DNA from: Candidatus Kuenenia stuttgartensis
Lineage (GTDB): Bacteria > Planctomycetota > Brocadiia > Brocadiales > Brocadiaceae
DNA: 32,000 nucleotides
Direction of reading: 5' to 3'
Assembly: GCF_900232105.1 (NCBI RefSeq)
Contig: NZ_LT934425.1
Location: forward strand, 3,390,001-3,422,000
Shown here: piece by piece, positions 21,438 to 29,508 of the stretch
Position numbering within the stretch: the first letter of the stretch is position 1
How the letters are laid out: each line of letters begins with the position of its first letter
Notes under the pieces: generated by a model
What the model saw: the letters and a program-made list of their open reading frames with translations, nothing else
Told to the model about the DNA's origin: nothing
Databases searched by the model: none
Program-made: the position numbers and the translations under genes

Positions 21438-21479
21438 GGTTTTGAAAAATTCCAATAATAGCGATGTTTGTCTCATAGT

Positions 21480-21552
21480 GTAGGGGCTAAGCATTTGCTA
21501 TAAATTGTCATAAATGCGTTCATACCCAAACGGGCAAATGCTTCGCCCCTAC
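21480..21552. repeat. MITE/REP-like palindromic element
   Basis: GTAGGGGCTAAGCATTTGC (21480-21498) versus GCAAATGCTTCGCCCCTAC (21534-21552), 18/19 complementary. Confidence 0.8.
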
Positions 21553-21607
21553 TTTTTCAAAAAACTAAAGTGTTACGAAAATTCGGTTTTTATCAGCGTA
21601 TTTAATT

Positions 21608-21653
21608 ACGGAAACTGATGTTGTATAAGAACGGAAACTGATGTTGTATAAGA
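21608..21653 (+). repeat. Perfect 23-bp tandem duplication
   Basis: ACGGAAACTGATGTTGTATAAGA at 21608-21630 and 21631-21653. Confidence 0.93.
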
Positions 21654-21673
21654 AAGGTGAGTGGTCATAAAAT

Positions 21674-22984
21674 ATGGTAATAATAAAACCCTTTCGTGGT
21701 TTGAGATACAATCATGACATTATAAAAGATTGCTCGGCAGTAATGACGCCTCCTTATGATGTCATATCTCCCGCAGAACAGGAGCGGTATTATAGGAATC
21801 ATCCGAATAATATGATTCGTTTGGATTTGGGAAAGGAATTTCCCGAAGATACGGAAGCGGATAACAGATATACCCGCGCCTCGGAATTTCTTGAGGAGTG
21901 GATGAAGGCGGGCATATTGAAACAAGAGGATGCACCGGCAATTTACATCTATGATCAGGAATTTTCCTATGGCGGTAAGCATTTTATTCGCCGGGGCTTC
22001 ATTGCGTTGGTAAGGCTTGAGCCGTTTGATACAGGATCCATTTATCCTCACGAGCAGACCCTTCCAGGTCCCAAGGCAGACCGCCTGAAACTTATGCAAT
22101 CATGTAAGGCAAATCTCAGTTCAATATTTGCTCTTTTCCCAGATGAAGACAATGCCGCTGATAATTACTTACATTCAATAACCACAACAAAACCGGAAAT
22201 CGATTTTGTTGACGACAGCGGTGTAACAAACAAACTTTGGGTCATTAGAGAAAAAAAGACTATCGATAAGCTCATTGAAATAATGAAGGGAAAAGCCCTT
22301 TTTATCGCTGATGGACACCATCGCTATGAAACATCGTTAGTTTATAAAGAGCAGAAACATAAAGAAAATGGCGGGCAAAATAGGGAATTACCTTCGGATT
22401 ATGTGATGATGGTGTGTGTTTCTATGAATAATCCGGGGCTGCAAATATTCCCTTTTCATCGTGTAGTCCGGCAAATAAAGGACTTTAACCCAGACCATGT
22501 CCTGCATAGTCTTAAAGAGTTCTTTGAGATTGAATATATGGAAAACAGCGGTGGGATTGATGCTATCATGCGAAAACTCAATAGCGATAGTGCTCCCCAT
22601 TGCTTCGTAATGTACGCAGGGCAGGGTGATAGATACAGCCTGTTGCGGTTAAATGATAAAAGGATATTAGAAAAGGTGTTTGCAAATGATCATCCGGAAT
22701 GGAAGCATTTAGACGCAGGCATACTCCATAGCATCGTTTTAAAAAGGATATTGGGAATAAATTCCGACGAAGCAGGTTTGAAAGATTTTATAAAGTATGT
22801 AAAGAATGAAACAGAAGCTGTATCACTCGTACAATCAGGTGCTTTTCAGGCGGCATTTATTTTGCGGCCGACTCTGATAGAACAAGTAAGGGAAATCGCT
22901 CTGGCGCACAAGGTAATGCCGCCAAAGTCAACCTATTTTTATCCCAAATTAATTACCGGTGTTGTGATAAACAAAATTAACTAA
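21674..22984 (+). CDS. DUF1015 family protein
   Basis: IIKPFRGLRYN, MTPPYDVISPAEQERYYRNHPNNMIRLDLGKE, FIADGHHRYETSL. Confidence 0.9.
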   Translation: MVIIKPFRGLRYNHDIIKDCSAVMTPPYDVISPAEQERYYRNHPNNMIRLDLGKEFPEDTEADNRYTRASEFLEEWMKAGILKQEDAPAIYIYDQEFSYGGKHFIRRGFIALVRLEPFDTGSIYPHEQTLPGPKADRLKLMQSCKANLSSIFALFPDEDNAADNYLHSITTTKPEIDFVDDSGVTNKLWVIREKKTIDKLIEIMKGKALFIADGHHRYETSLVYKEQKHKENGGQNRELPSDYVMMVCVSMNNPGLQIFPFHRVVRQIKDFNPDHVLHSLKEFFEIEYMENSGGIDAIMRKLNSDSAPHCFVMYAGQGDRYSLLRLNDKRILEKVFANDHPEWKHLDAGILHSIVLKRILGINSDEAGLKDFIKYVKNETEAVSLVQSGAFQAAFILRPTLIEQVREIALAHKVMPPKSTYFYPKLITGVVINKIN

Positions 22985-23027
22985 AAGGGGAATCGCACTC
23001 TGATTATTTGGTATTCCAGATTAACGG

Positions 23028-23056
23028 TTGACTGTTTACCTGATTTCAGATAGAAT
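23028..23056 (+). promoter_or_regulatory. Sigma70-like promoter driving the S-box leader
   Basis: TTGACT (23028-23033), 17-nt spacer, TAGAAT (23051-23056). Confidence 0.65.
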
Positions 23057-23070
23057 CCTAACTTATACAG

Positions 23071-23194
23071 TATCTTATCCGGAGTGGCAGAGGGACTGGC
23101 CCTGTGAAGCCACAGCAACCGGCCTGTTCAGATTACGTCTGAACATGGTGCAGGTGCTAATTCCTGTCTCAAGTTTTTGGGAAAAGATAAGATA
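23071..23194 (+). ncRNA. SAM-I (S-box) riboswitch aptamer
   Basis: P1 TATCTTATC (23071-23079) pairs perfectly with GATAAGATA (23186-23194); conserved core GAGTGGCAGAGGGACTGGCCCTGTGAAGCCACAGCAACC ... GGTGCAGGTGCTAATTCC. Confidence 0.95.
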
Positions 23195-23205
23195 GGAGAA
23201 CAAAT

Positions 23206-23248
23206 AAAAGCCTCATCCTATCTTATTTTTAGGAAAGAGGCTTTTTTT
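23206..23248 (+). terminator. Riboswitch expression platform: terminator with competing antiterminator
   Basis: AAAAGCCTC..TCCT / AGGA..GAGGCTTTT plus T run; ATAAGATAGGA (23187-23197) is exactly complementary to TCCTATCTTAT (23216-23226), which lies in the terminator 5' arm and loop. Confidence 0.9.
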
Positions 23249-23273
23249 ATTGCTGAAATATACGGAGAAAGAA

Positions 23274-24518
23274 ATGGGTTATGTAAACGGATTAAAATGC
23301 AGGGAATGCGGAAAAGAATATCCAAAAGAACCATTACATGTTTGCAGTTTTTGTTTCGGGCCTTTAGAGGTAGATTATGATTACGAGGGCATTAAAAAGG
23401 TTATAAACAGAGAAGTTATTCAATCGCGCAGCAATACAATGTGGCGTTACAAAGAACTGCTCCCGATAGACGGCGAACCGACTGTTGGAAGCCAGGTGGG
23501 ATTTACGCCGCTGGTAAAGGCGAATAATCTGGCAAAAATTCTGGGCGTAGAAGAACTCTATGTAAAAAATGATTCGGTAAATTATCCTACGTTTTCCTTT
23601 AAGGACAGAGTGGTTTCAACTGCATTGTCAAAGGCAAAAGAATTTGGCTACAAGATTGTTGGATGCGCAACTACCGGCAATTTGGGAAACTCAGTAGCTG
23701 CACAGGCGGCTCAGGCATGCCTGGAAAGTTATATTATTATGCCAGCAGACCTGGAACAGGGCAAGATTATTGGCACGCTGATATATAATCCTAATGTGAT
23801 AAAAGTAACTGGAAATTATGATCAGGTAAACAGGTTATGTTCTGAAATTGCCGATAAATATGGTTGGGCGATTGTAAACGTAAATATACGACCATATTAC
23901 GGTGAGGGATCAAAGACATTTGGTTATGAAATCATGGAACAACTGGGCTGGAAAGTGCCAAAGCATATTGTCGTGCCCATGGCGGGCGGATCATTAATTA
24001 CAAAGATTGGAAAGGCAATAAAAGAATTTGTACAACTAGGTCTTATTGATGGCGCAGATACAAAATTACATGGTGCTCAAGCCAGTGGAAGTTCTCCGAT
24101 TACTACGGCGGTCAAAGGCAAGACGGATGTGATAAGGCCGGTAAAGCCCAATACCATAGCGCAGTCGATAGCAATTGGAAACCCCGCGGATGGTTTTTAT
24201 TCGGTGAAAAGCATTAATGTTTCCGGTGGATGGGCAGAAGATGTAACGGACGATGAGCTTGTTGAGGGTATTAAATTGCTTGCCAGAACAGAAGGTATTT
24301 TTACGGAAACGGCTGGCGGCGTTACCGTGGCGGTAACGAAAAAACTGATCGAACAAGGAAAGATACCGCGTGATGAATCCATCGTCATTTCCATTACCGG
24401 GAATGGTTTAAAAACACAGGAAGCCGTGATTAACAAATTATATGAGCCAAAAATTATTAACCCTTCCCTTGCCGAATTTGACAAAGTTATGGAAGAAAAA
24501 ATGGCGGCCGTGCGTTAA
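23274..24518 (+). CDS. thrC: Threonine synthase-like PLP-dependent enzyme
   Basis: N-terminal LKCRECGKEYP...CSFCFGPLEVDYDYEGI, SFKDRVVSTALSKAKE, TTGNLGNSVAAQAAQ, ETAGGVTVA; ORF track opens at 23250, ATG at 23274. Confidence 0.88.
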   Translation: MGYVNGLKCRECGKEYPKEPLHVCSFCFGPLEVDYDYEGIKKVINREVIQSRSNTMWRYKELLPIDGEPTVGSQVGFTPLVKANNLAKILGVEELYVKNDSVNYPTFSFKDRVVSTALSKAKEFGYKIVGCATTGNLGNSVAAQAAQACLESYIIMPADLEQGKIIGTLIYNPNVIKVTGNYDQVNRLCSEIADKYGWAIVNVNIRPYYGEGSKTFGYEIMEQLGWKVPKHIVVPMAGGSLITKIGKAIKEFVQLGLIDGADTKLHGAQASGSSPITTAVKGKTDVIRPVKPNTIAQSIAIGNPADGFYSVKSINVSGGWAEDVTDDELVEGIKLLARTEGIFTETAGGVTVAVTKKLIEQGKIPRDESIVISITGNGLKTQEAVINKLYEPKIINPSLAEFDKVMEEKMAAVR

Positions 24519-24652
24519 CAGATAATTAATTTGGGAAAACAGAGGTCGGATTCCCAATATCTTTATAATCTTATGTAAATATTTTTTTTGAGTTGTATTC
24601 GCGGAAAACACGTATTCTATACGTATAATATATCTTTCTCTTCCTTAGAATA

Positions 24653-24731
24653 GATTGCTTTGCGGTATGCACATCCGGCAATGATTAGTATCGTATTGTT
24701 TTGCTTCAGTGCAAAACTCCGCAAAGCAATC
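24653..24731. repeat. Inverted repeat with large stem-loop potential
   Basis: GATTGCTTTGCGG (24653-24665) perfectly complementary to CCGCAAAGCAATC (24719-24731), with further GCAC/GTGC pairing potential inside. Confidence 0.7.
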
Positions 24732-24815
24732 CTGAACCTCATAACTCCTGTTTTGTATAGGGATACTTAAGAAGCTCACCATTTGTGATTTATAGACAAT
24801 GTCGTACCAGTTCAA

Positions 24816-24840
24816 CACGGACAAACAAGGTTTGTCCGTG
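24816..24840. repeat. Perfect short hairpin
   Basis: CACGGACAAAC-AAG-GTTTGTCCGTG. Confidence 0.8.
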
Positions 24841-24915
24841 CGTAATTATTCAGCTTAAACACGGATTGGCAAAATCACCTGATGAGTGGCTGTATTCCAG
24901 CTTTCATCGCCAGGT

Positions 24916-25023
24916 AAAGCAAGGCGCTATAATAGCGATTGGGGAGCAGGTACTGAAATGAAATTAAATTTAACGTAAAAGTAGAACACGAATAATTTAA
25001 TTTGATTTGTTGGGTTTCGCTTT
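24916..25023 (+). repeat. Dispersed repeat copy A
   Basis: AAAGCAAGGCGCTATAATAGCGATTGGGGAGCAGGTACTGAAAT...GAATAATTTAATTTGATTTGTTGGGTTTCGCTTT, aligns with copy B. Confidence 0.8.
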
Positions 25024-25144
25024 CAGACTGGGCCAAATGGCCATTTTCCAGAGATTGCTATACAATAAATTAATACCCTTGTGTAATATTGTGGCAAAAT
25101 TGGAATCATCGTTAGTCTCTGCTTATCCCGGAAAGGAGCTAAGA

Positions 25145-25330
25145 ATGCAAGTTGTTTTGAATGCGCCTTAAAGTTTCGAAAACCTGTCAATACAAGAAAA
25201 AGAGCATTTGATTCAAGAATTACAACAGGAATTGATGACTAGATCGGAGATGATTGAGGGCTTCAAAAAACCTGTAGAGGATTTCGAGGATTGGGAAAAA
25301 TTAGGATTTGAGGACGAAGAATGGAACTGA
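25145..25330 (+). pseudogene. Small antitoxin-like gene with early in-frame TAA (25169-25171)
   Basis: MQVVLNAP*SFENLSIQEKEHLIQELQQELMTRSEMIEGFKKPVEDFEDWEKLGFEDEEWN*; overlaps the PemK/MazF-like toxin start. Confidence 0.6.
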
Positions 25331-25660
25331 AAAAAGGCGATATTGTTCTCGTCCAAGCCCCCGCTAACCCTTCAGGCACTGAAATTCAAAAAACACGGCC
25401 AGCCGTCGTTGTTTTCCCCCAAAAGAAATGGCTATACACGGCAATCGAGCCATTGTTATTCCAATTACCGGCAATGTAAGTAAAATCTATCCTTTTGAGT
25501 TCCTGATTAAATCAAAATATTTGTTCAACGAGTCTAAGGGTTGCTGCGACCAAATTCAAACCGTAAGTACAAAGAGAATCATAAAAAATACGGAGACATT
25601 TCAAATTCAGAAATGGAAGCACTTGATAAGGCTTTGAAAAATATCTTACGATTAAAATAG
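25321..25660 (+). pseudogene. PemK/MazF-like toxin with two apparent frameshifts in homopolymers
   Basis: MELKKGDIVLVQAPANPSGTEIQKTRPAVVVF / PPKEMAIHGNRAIVIPITGNVSKIYPFEFLIKS...CCDQIQTVSTKRIIK / KYGDISNSEMEALDKALKNILRLK*. Confidence 0.8.
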
Positions 25661-25702
25661 AAAGGCACTTTTTTATTTTCCACTGTTTTTTATCCATTAA
25701 AT

Positions 25703-25822
25703 AAAGCAAGGCGCTTATGATAGCAATTAGGGAGCAGGTACTGAGATTAAATTTGACGTAAACGTAGGGCATGAATAATTTAATTTGTTGGGTCTCGCCT
25801 TACTCAACCCAACCTACACAAC
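25703..25822 (+). repeat. Dispersed repeat copy B
   Basis: AAAGCAAGGCGCTTATGATAGCAATTAGGGAGCAGGTACTGAGATTAAATTTGACGTAAACGTAGGGCATGAATAATTTAATTTGTTGGG...CCCAACCTACACAAC. Confidence 0.85.
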
Positions 25823-25849
25823 GATAATTAAATCAAAAAGAGATGAAAC

Positions 25850-26146
25850 ATGCTTTTGTTTGATTGGGATCCAATCAAGGCGGGAAGGAATATAAATATT
25901 CACGGCGTATCTTTTGATGAGGCAAGCACTGCTTTCAAAGATATCCTGTCATTAACGATTTATGATCCTTTGCACTCTGACGAAGAGGACCGGTTCATTT
26001 TAATTGGAAATTCCTGTAAAAATCGTCTTTTGGTAATTGTTCATACGGAAAGAGAAGATAAAATCAGAATAATCAGCGCAAGAAAAACAACAAAAAACGA
26101 AAGGAAACAATATGAAGAGAAAGCAAAAAGATCCAGACATGCTTGA
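25850..26146 (+). CDS. BrnT-like (DUF497) toxin 1
   Basis: FDWDPIKAGRNINIHGVSFDEASTAF...DRFILIG...IRIISARKTTKNERKQYE. Confidence 0.88.
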   Translation: MLLFDWDPIKAGRNINIHGVSFDEASTAFKDILSLTIYDPLHSDEEDRFILIGNSCKNRLLVIVHTEREDKIRIISARKTTKNERKQYEEKAKRSRHA

Positions 26147-26357
26147 AGAGTACGATTTCAGCAAAGGGATTCAGGGAAAATATGCAAAAAAATACAATGA
26201 AGGAACAAATGTCGTGGTTATAGATCCGGATGTTGCAAAGTTTTTCCCTGACCACGACTCTGTAAATGAGGCATTGAGATCATTAACCGAAATTATTAAA
26301 AGGCAAAAAAGGACGTCCAACAAGTCCCCCCATCGGACGGTTGATAGCCGACGCTGA
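26112..26357 (+). CDS. BrnA-type antitoxin partner 1
   Basis: Overlaps the BrnT ORF; YDFSKGIQGKYAKKYNEGTNVVVIDPDVAKFFPDHDSVNEALRSLTEII. Confidence 0.78.
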   Translation: MKRKQKDPDMLEEYDFSKGIQGKYAKKYNEGTNVVVIDPDVAKFFPDHDSVNEALRSLTEIIKRQKRTSNKSPHRTVDSRR

Positions 26358-26378
26358 GTTTAATCGTTGAGTGACCAA

Positions 26379-26480
26379 TTCCAGCTTTCATTGCTACTTA
26401 AAACTAAATGTGACGTAAAGGTAGGACATGAATATTTTAATTTGTTGGGTTTCGCTTTACTTATCCCAACCTACACAACT
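26379..26480 (+). repeat. Dispersed repeat copy C
   Basis: TTCCAGCTTTCATTGCTACTTAAAACTAAATGTGACGTAAAGGTAGGACATGAATATTTTAATTTGTTGGGTTTCGC...CCCAACCTACACAAC. Confidence 0.8.
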
Positions 26481-26598
26481 TGAACAGATAACATCCGGCT
26501 CGACCCGGCCGGGAATAGCATCTGTGGTTTTTGCAATGGCGGTTGCCCCTGCGTGCCCTCCATTTCGTTTGCTTCTTAAATAACGACAAATATTACTG

Positions 26599-27663
26599 AT
26601 GATAATGGATGATAAGATTATTAATGAAGCCATTCAATTCTTGATAGATGGCGGAGAACAAGAGGCAGCAGATATTCTCAAAATGTGCTCTGTGGAAAAT
26701 TGTGAAGTTGTAGATTCCTGGATGAATGGGAGTAATCAATTGGACGGTTTATCTATAGAACTGCGAGGCCCTCGCACGGCATATGAGATTCTTTCAAGAC
26801 ATGACCATCCATTGGGAGAAGAAATATTATATGCCTTTTCGGCTATCCTTCCTGGCAGCACTTATATTAAGAACTTACGAATACGTGCGGTCACTTTGCC
26901 AGAGGAAACTCGTATGCAGATAAACAATACTATACCTATGCCTGAGTTGAAGGAATTAATTCAAAAGATAGAGTCGCAAAAAGGGTTGATGATTGCAGTT
27001 GCCACCGGAGGTCCTAAGATTAAAGATGTTAATGCCCAGTATAACCACAGACGATTTGAAATTCTGCAAAAATTGCAGGATATGGGGATTGACGCCCCAA
27101 ATCCTTATCATGATCTTTGGGGTTGGTACGGAAAGTGGAGCGACGGTAGTCTCCCCAGTTGGCAAGCAAGAAGAAATTATATTGGCACTCTTTATCAGCC
27201 ATTGTTGGATGCCCTAACGATGAAAAGCAAAACAACTTCGACAGTTCAGCCGCAAGAACCTACTGGTTGGGCGCGGGTTGATCGTAACGTCGATAAGATA
27301 AATAATGCATTAGCCTATGCAGAAAATGAGGAAGATTTTCAAACGGTTGGCTTTTTATGTAGAGAAGCTATTATTTCATTGGCTCAAGCAGTTTACGACT
27401 CAACGAAACATAGCAGTGTTGACAGCATATCGCCTAGTAATACTGATGCAGCGAGAATGCTGGAAAGCTACATAGCCGCAGAGTTAGCTGGAAACTCCAA
27501 TGAGACACACCGGAAGTTTGCCAAAACAACTGTTCAGCTTGCAGTAGGCCTTCAGCATAAGCGCACAGCAAGCTTCCGAGAAGCCGCTCTCTGCGCGGAG
27601 GCGACAAGAGCAATCATCAATACCATTGCGATTATGTCAGGGCAAAGGGATCCTGAGAAATAA
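26599..27663 (+). CDS. Uncharacterised protein with helical C-terminal domain, possible defence role
   Basis: 354 aa; LWGWYGKWSDGSLPSWQARRNYIGTLYQPLLDAL and C-terminal RKFAKTTVQLAVGLQHKRTASFREAALCAEATRAIINTIAIM. Confidence 0.6.
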   Translation: MIMDDKIINEAIQFLIDGGEQEAADILKMCSVENCEVVDSWMNGSNQLDGLSIELRGPRTAYEILSRHDHPLGEEILYAFSAILPGSTYIKNLRIRAVTLPEETRMQINNTIPMPELKELIQKIESQKGLMIAVATGGPKIKDVNAQYNHRRFEILQKLQDMGIDAPNPYHDLWGWYGKWSDGSLPSWQARRNYIGTLYQPLLDALTMKSKTTSTVQPQEPTGWARVDRNVDKINNALAYAENEEDFQTVGFLCREAIISLAQAVYDSTKHSSVDSISPSNTDAARMLESYIAAELAGNSNETHRKFAKTTVQLAVGLQHKRTASFREAALCAEATRAIINTIAIMSGQRDPEK

Positions 27664-27864
27664 GAAAAGCTAACGAATCATTCAATCCGACCATGAATAG
27701 CGCTCGTTTGAGTTTGGAGAAAATAGGGACAGCGACTGTTAAACAAATGGTCCAAATTCCCGGTTCCCAATTTCTAAGAATAACAGTGGGATTAATTACT
27801 GTCATAAATTATAAATTTGCTTAACGCTATCCAATTATTGATATAATATTTAAAGGAACATGAA

Positions 27865-28137
27865 ATGAAATTCGAATGGGATCCGAAGAAAGCACGCTCA
27901 AATTTGCGAAAGCACAAGGTCTCATTCGAGGAAGCTTCAATGGCGTTGAGTGACCCTATGGCTGCAACTGGCGCTGACCCGGATCATTCTATTGGCGAAT
28001 GCAGATACATTACTTTCGGCGTTTCGGAACGAGGTCGGTTATTAGTGGTCGCACACACCGAGCGAGGCGAGACTATACGAATTATAAGCGCTCGCATAGC
28101 GGGCAAAGGAGAGCGAAAGATTTATGAAGAAGGTTAA
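27865..28137 (+). CDS. BrnT-like (DUF497) toxin 2
   Basis: FEWDPKKARSNLRKHKVSFEEASMAL...RYITFGVSERGRLLVVAHTERGETIRIISARIAGKGERKIYEE. Confidence 0.9.
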   Translation: MKFEWDPKKARSNLRKHKVSFEEASMALSDPMAATGADPDHSIGECRYITFGVSERGRLLVVAHTERGETIRIISARIAGKGERKIYEEG

Positions 28138-28390
28138 ACAGACAGAAAAAGATGAATTGCGTGCGGAGTATAAACGTTCAGACTTCCCAGTCCCTTTGGT
28201 GCGTGGCAAGTATGTAAGTCGCCTGCGTAAGTCATCAAATGTTATTATTCTTAAACCGGAAGTTGCTGAGGCTTTTCCAAACGAAGAAGCCGTTAATACT
28301 GCACTTCTGTCATTGATAAAGCTTGCGCAAAAAACTACACGCTTAACAAAACGCTCAACCGGACGCGTAAAAAAGCTGCATGCCGGTTAG
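28124..28390 (+). CDS. BrnA-type antitoxin partner 2
   Basis: Overlaps the BrnT ORF; VRGKYVSRLRKSSNVIILKPEVAEAFPNEEAVNTALLSLIKLA. Confidence 0.78.
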   Translation: MKKVKQTEKDELRAEYKRSDFPVPLVRGKYVSRLRKSSNVIILKPEVAEAFPNEEAVNTALLSLIKLAQKTTRLTKRSTGRVKKLHAG

Positions 28391-28403
28391 CTATGCGTTA
28401 GCC
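28341..28403 (+). other. attC-like (integron recombination site-like) sequence
   Basis: GCTTAAC-AAAAC-GCTCAACCGG ... CCGGTTAGC-TATGC-GTTAGCC; imperfect palindrome with an unpaired base, between a BrnT-like module and the methyltransferase gene. Confidence 0.4.
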
Positions 28404-29508
28404 CGCTAAACAACCCTGATCAGAAACAAAGGGATGTTGTAAATGAAACTTACTGATACCGAAAAACGCGAAATACTGAAACTTATTGAAGCGGATAAGC
28501 CGCTACCCGATAAGTACCGCTTTATGCTCTTTGACGACAAGCGTGAGGTGGAACTGGTATGGAACGGCAAAACCAGTGAAGTGACTAATCTCGTTTTGCC
28601 TTTTCAGGTAATCGAACAGGTGGATGAACCTCGTAATTCGAAACCGATAATGGCCGTCAATAAACGCAAATCCGGAAAGGTTATTGGTGATCATTCCCGT
28701 ACCGCCGCAGTTGACAAATATCCTGTTCAACGTCCGCTTTTCGACACAAGAGGCCGTCAGAAATCCGGATGGACGAACAAACTCATCTGGGGCGACAACA
28801 AGCTCATTCTTTCATCCCTGAAAAACGGCCCCCTCCGCGCGGAAATTGAAAAGGAGGGCGGCATTAAGCTCATCTGCATCGACCCGCCATTTGATGTGGG
28901 CGCGGATTTCTCGATGGACATAGAGATCGGCGACGACACCTTCACCAAGAAACCCAATGTGCTGGAAGAACTGGCATACCGCGATACCTGGGGCAAGGGC
29001 GCTGACAGCTTCATCGCCATGATCTACGAACGCCTTGTGCTGATGCGGGATTTGCTGGTGGAAAATGGGAGTATTTATGTGCATTGTGATTGGCGGGTGA
29101 ATTCCTTCATGAGGCTTGTCATGGAGGAAGTTTTCGGTACAAGTGTTTATCGAAATGAAATTCGTTGGAAAAGACAGCCTCCTCGTGGAGCAAAAGCCAT
29201 ATCGCGCCAGTATGCTCGTTCATCAGACAGTATGCTGTATTACACAAAAAGTGATTCATATACATGGAACGCACAATTTAAAGAATACGATCAAAAATAC
29301 ATTCTGTCGAAATTTAACAAGCAAGATAAGGATGGTCGTTGGTATAGAATAGATAACATTGGTGACTACTCTGAAAAGTCGATAGCGGAGTTCCGTAAAA
29401 AAGGACGAATATATGACTATCCATCTGGTAAGGTTGGATTAATTCGTTATCTTGATGAAGCAAAAGGCGAAGCAATTACAGATATATGGTTGGATATTAA
29501 TGAAGTTA

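Noticed and set aside
21665-22099. 144-aa minus-strand ORF opposite the DUF1015 gene start
   Set aside because: Antisense to a confident CDS, no motif.
27668-27745. A complete attC after the 26599 ORF (GCTAAC...GTTAAAC)
   Set aside because: Only the left half resembles attC; the downstream GTTAAAC lacks complementary inner arms, so it is at most a half-site remnant.
24540-28440. CRISPR array
   Set aside because: Repeats A/B/C are about 100 bp, diverged and spaced by whole genes; no short regularly spaced repeats or cas genes.
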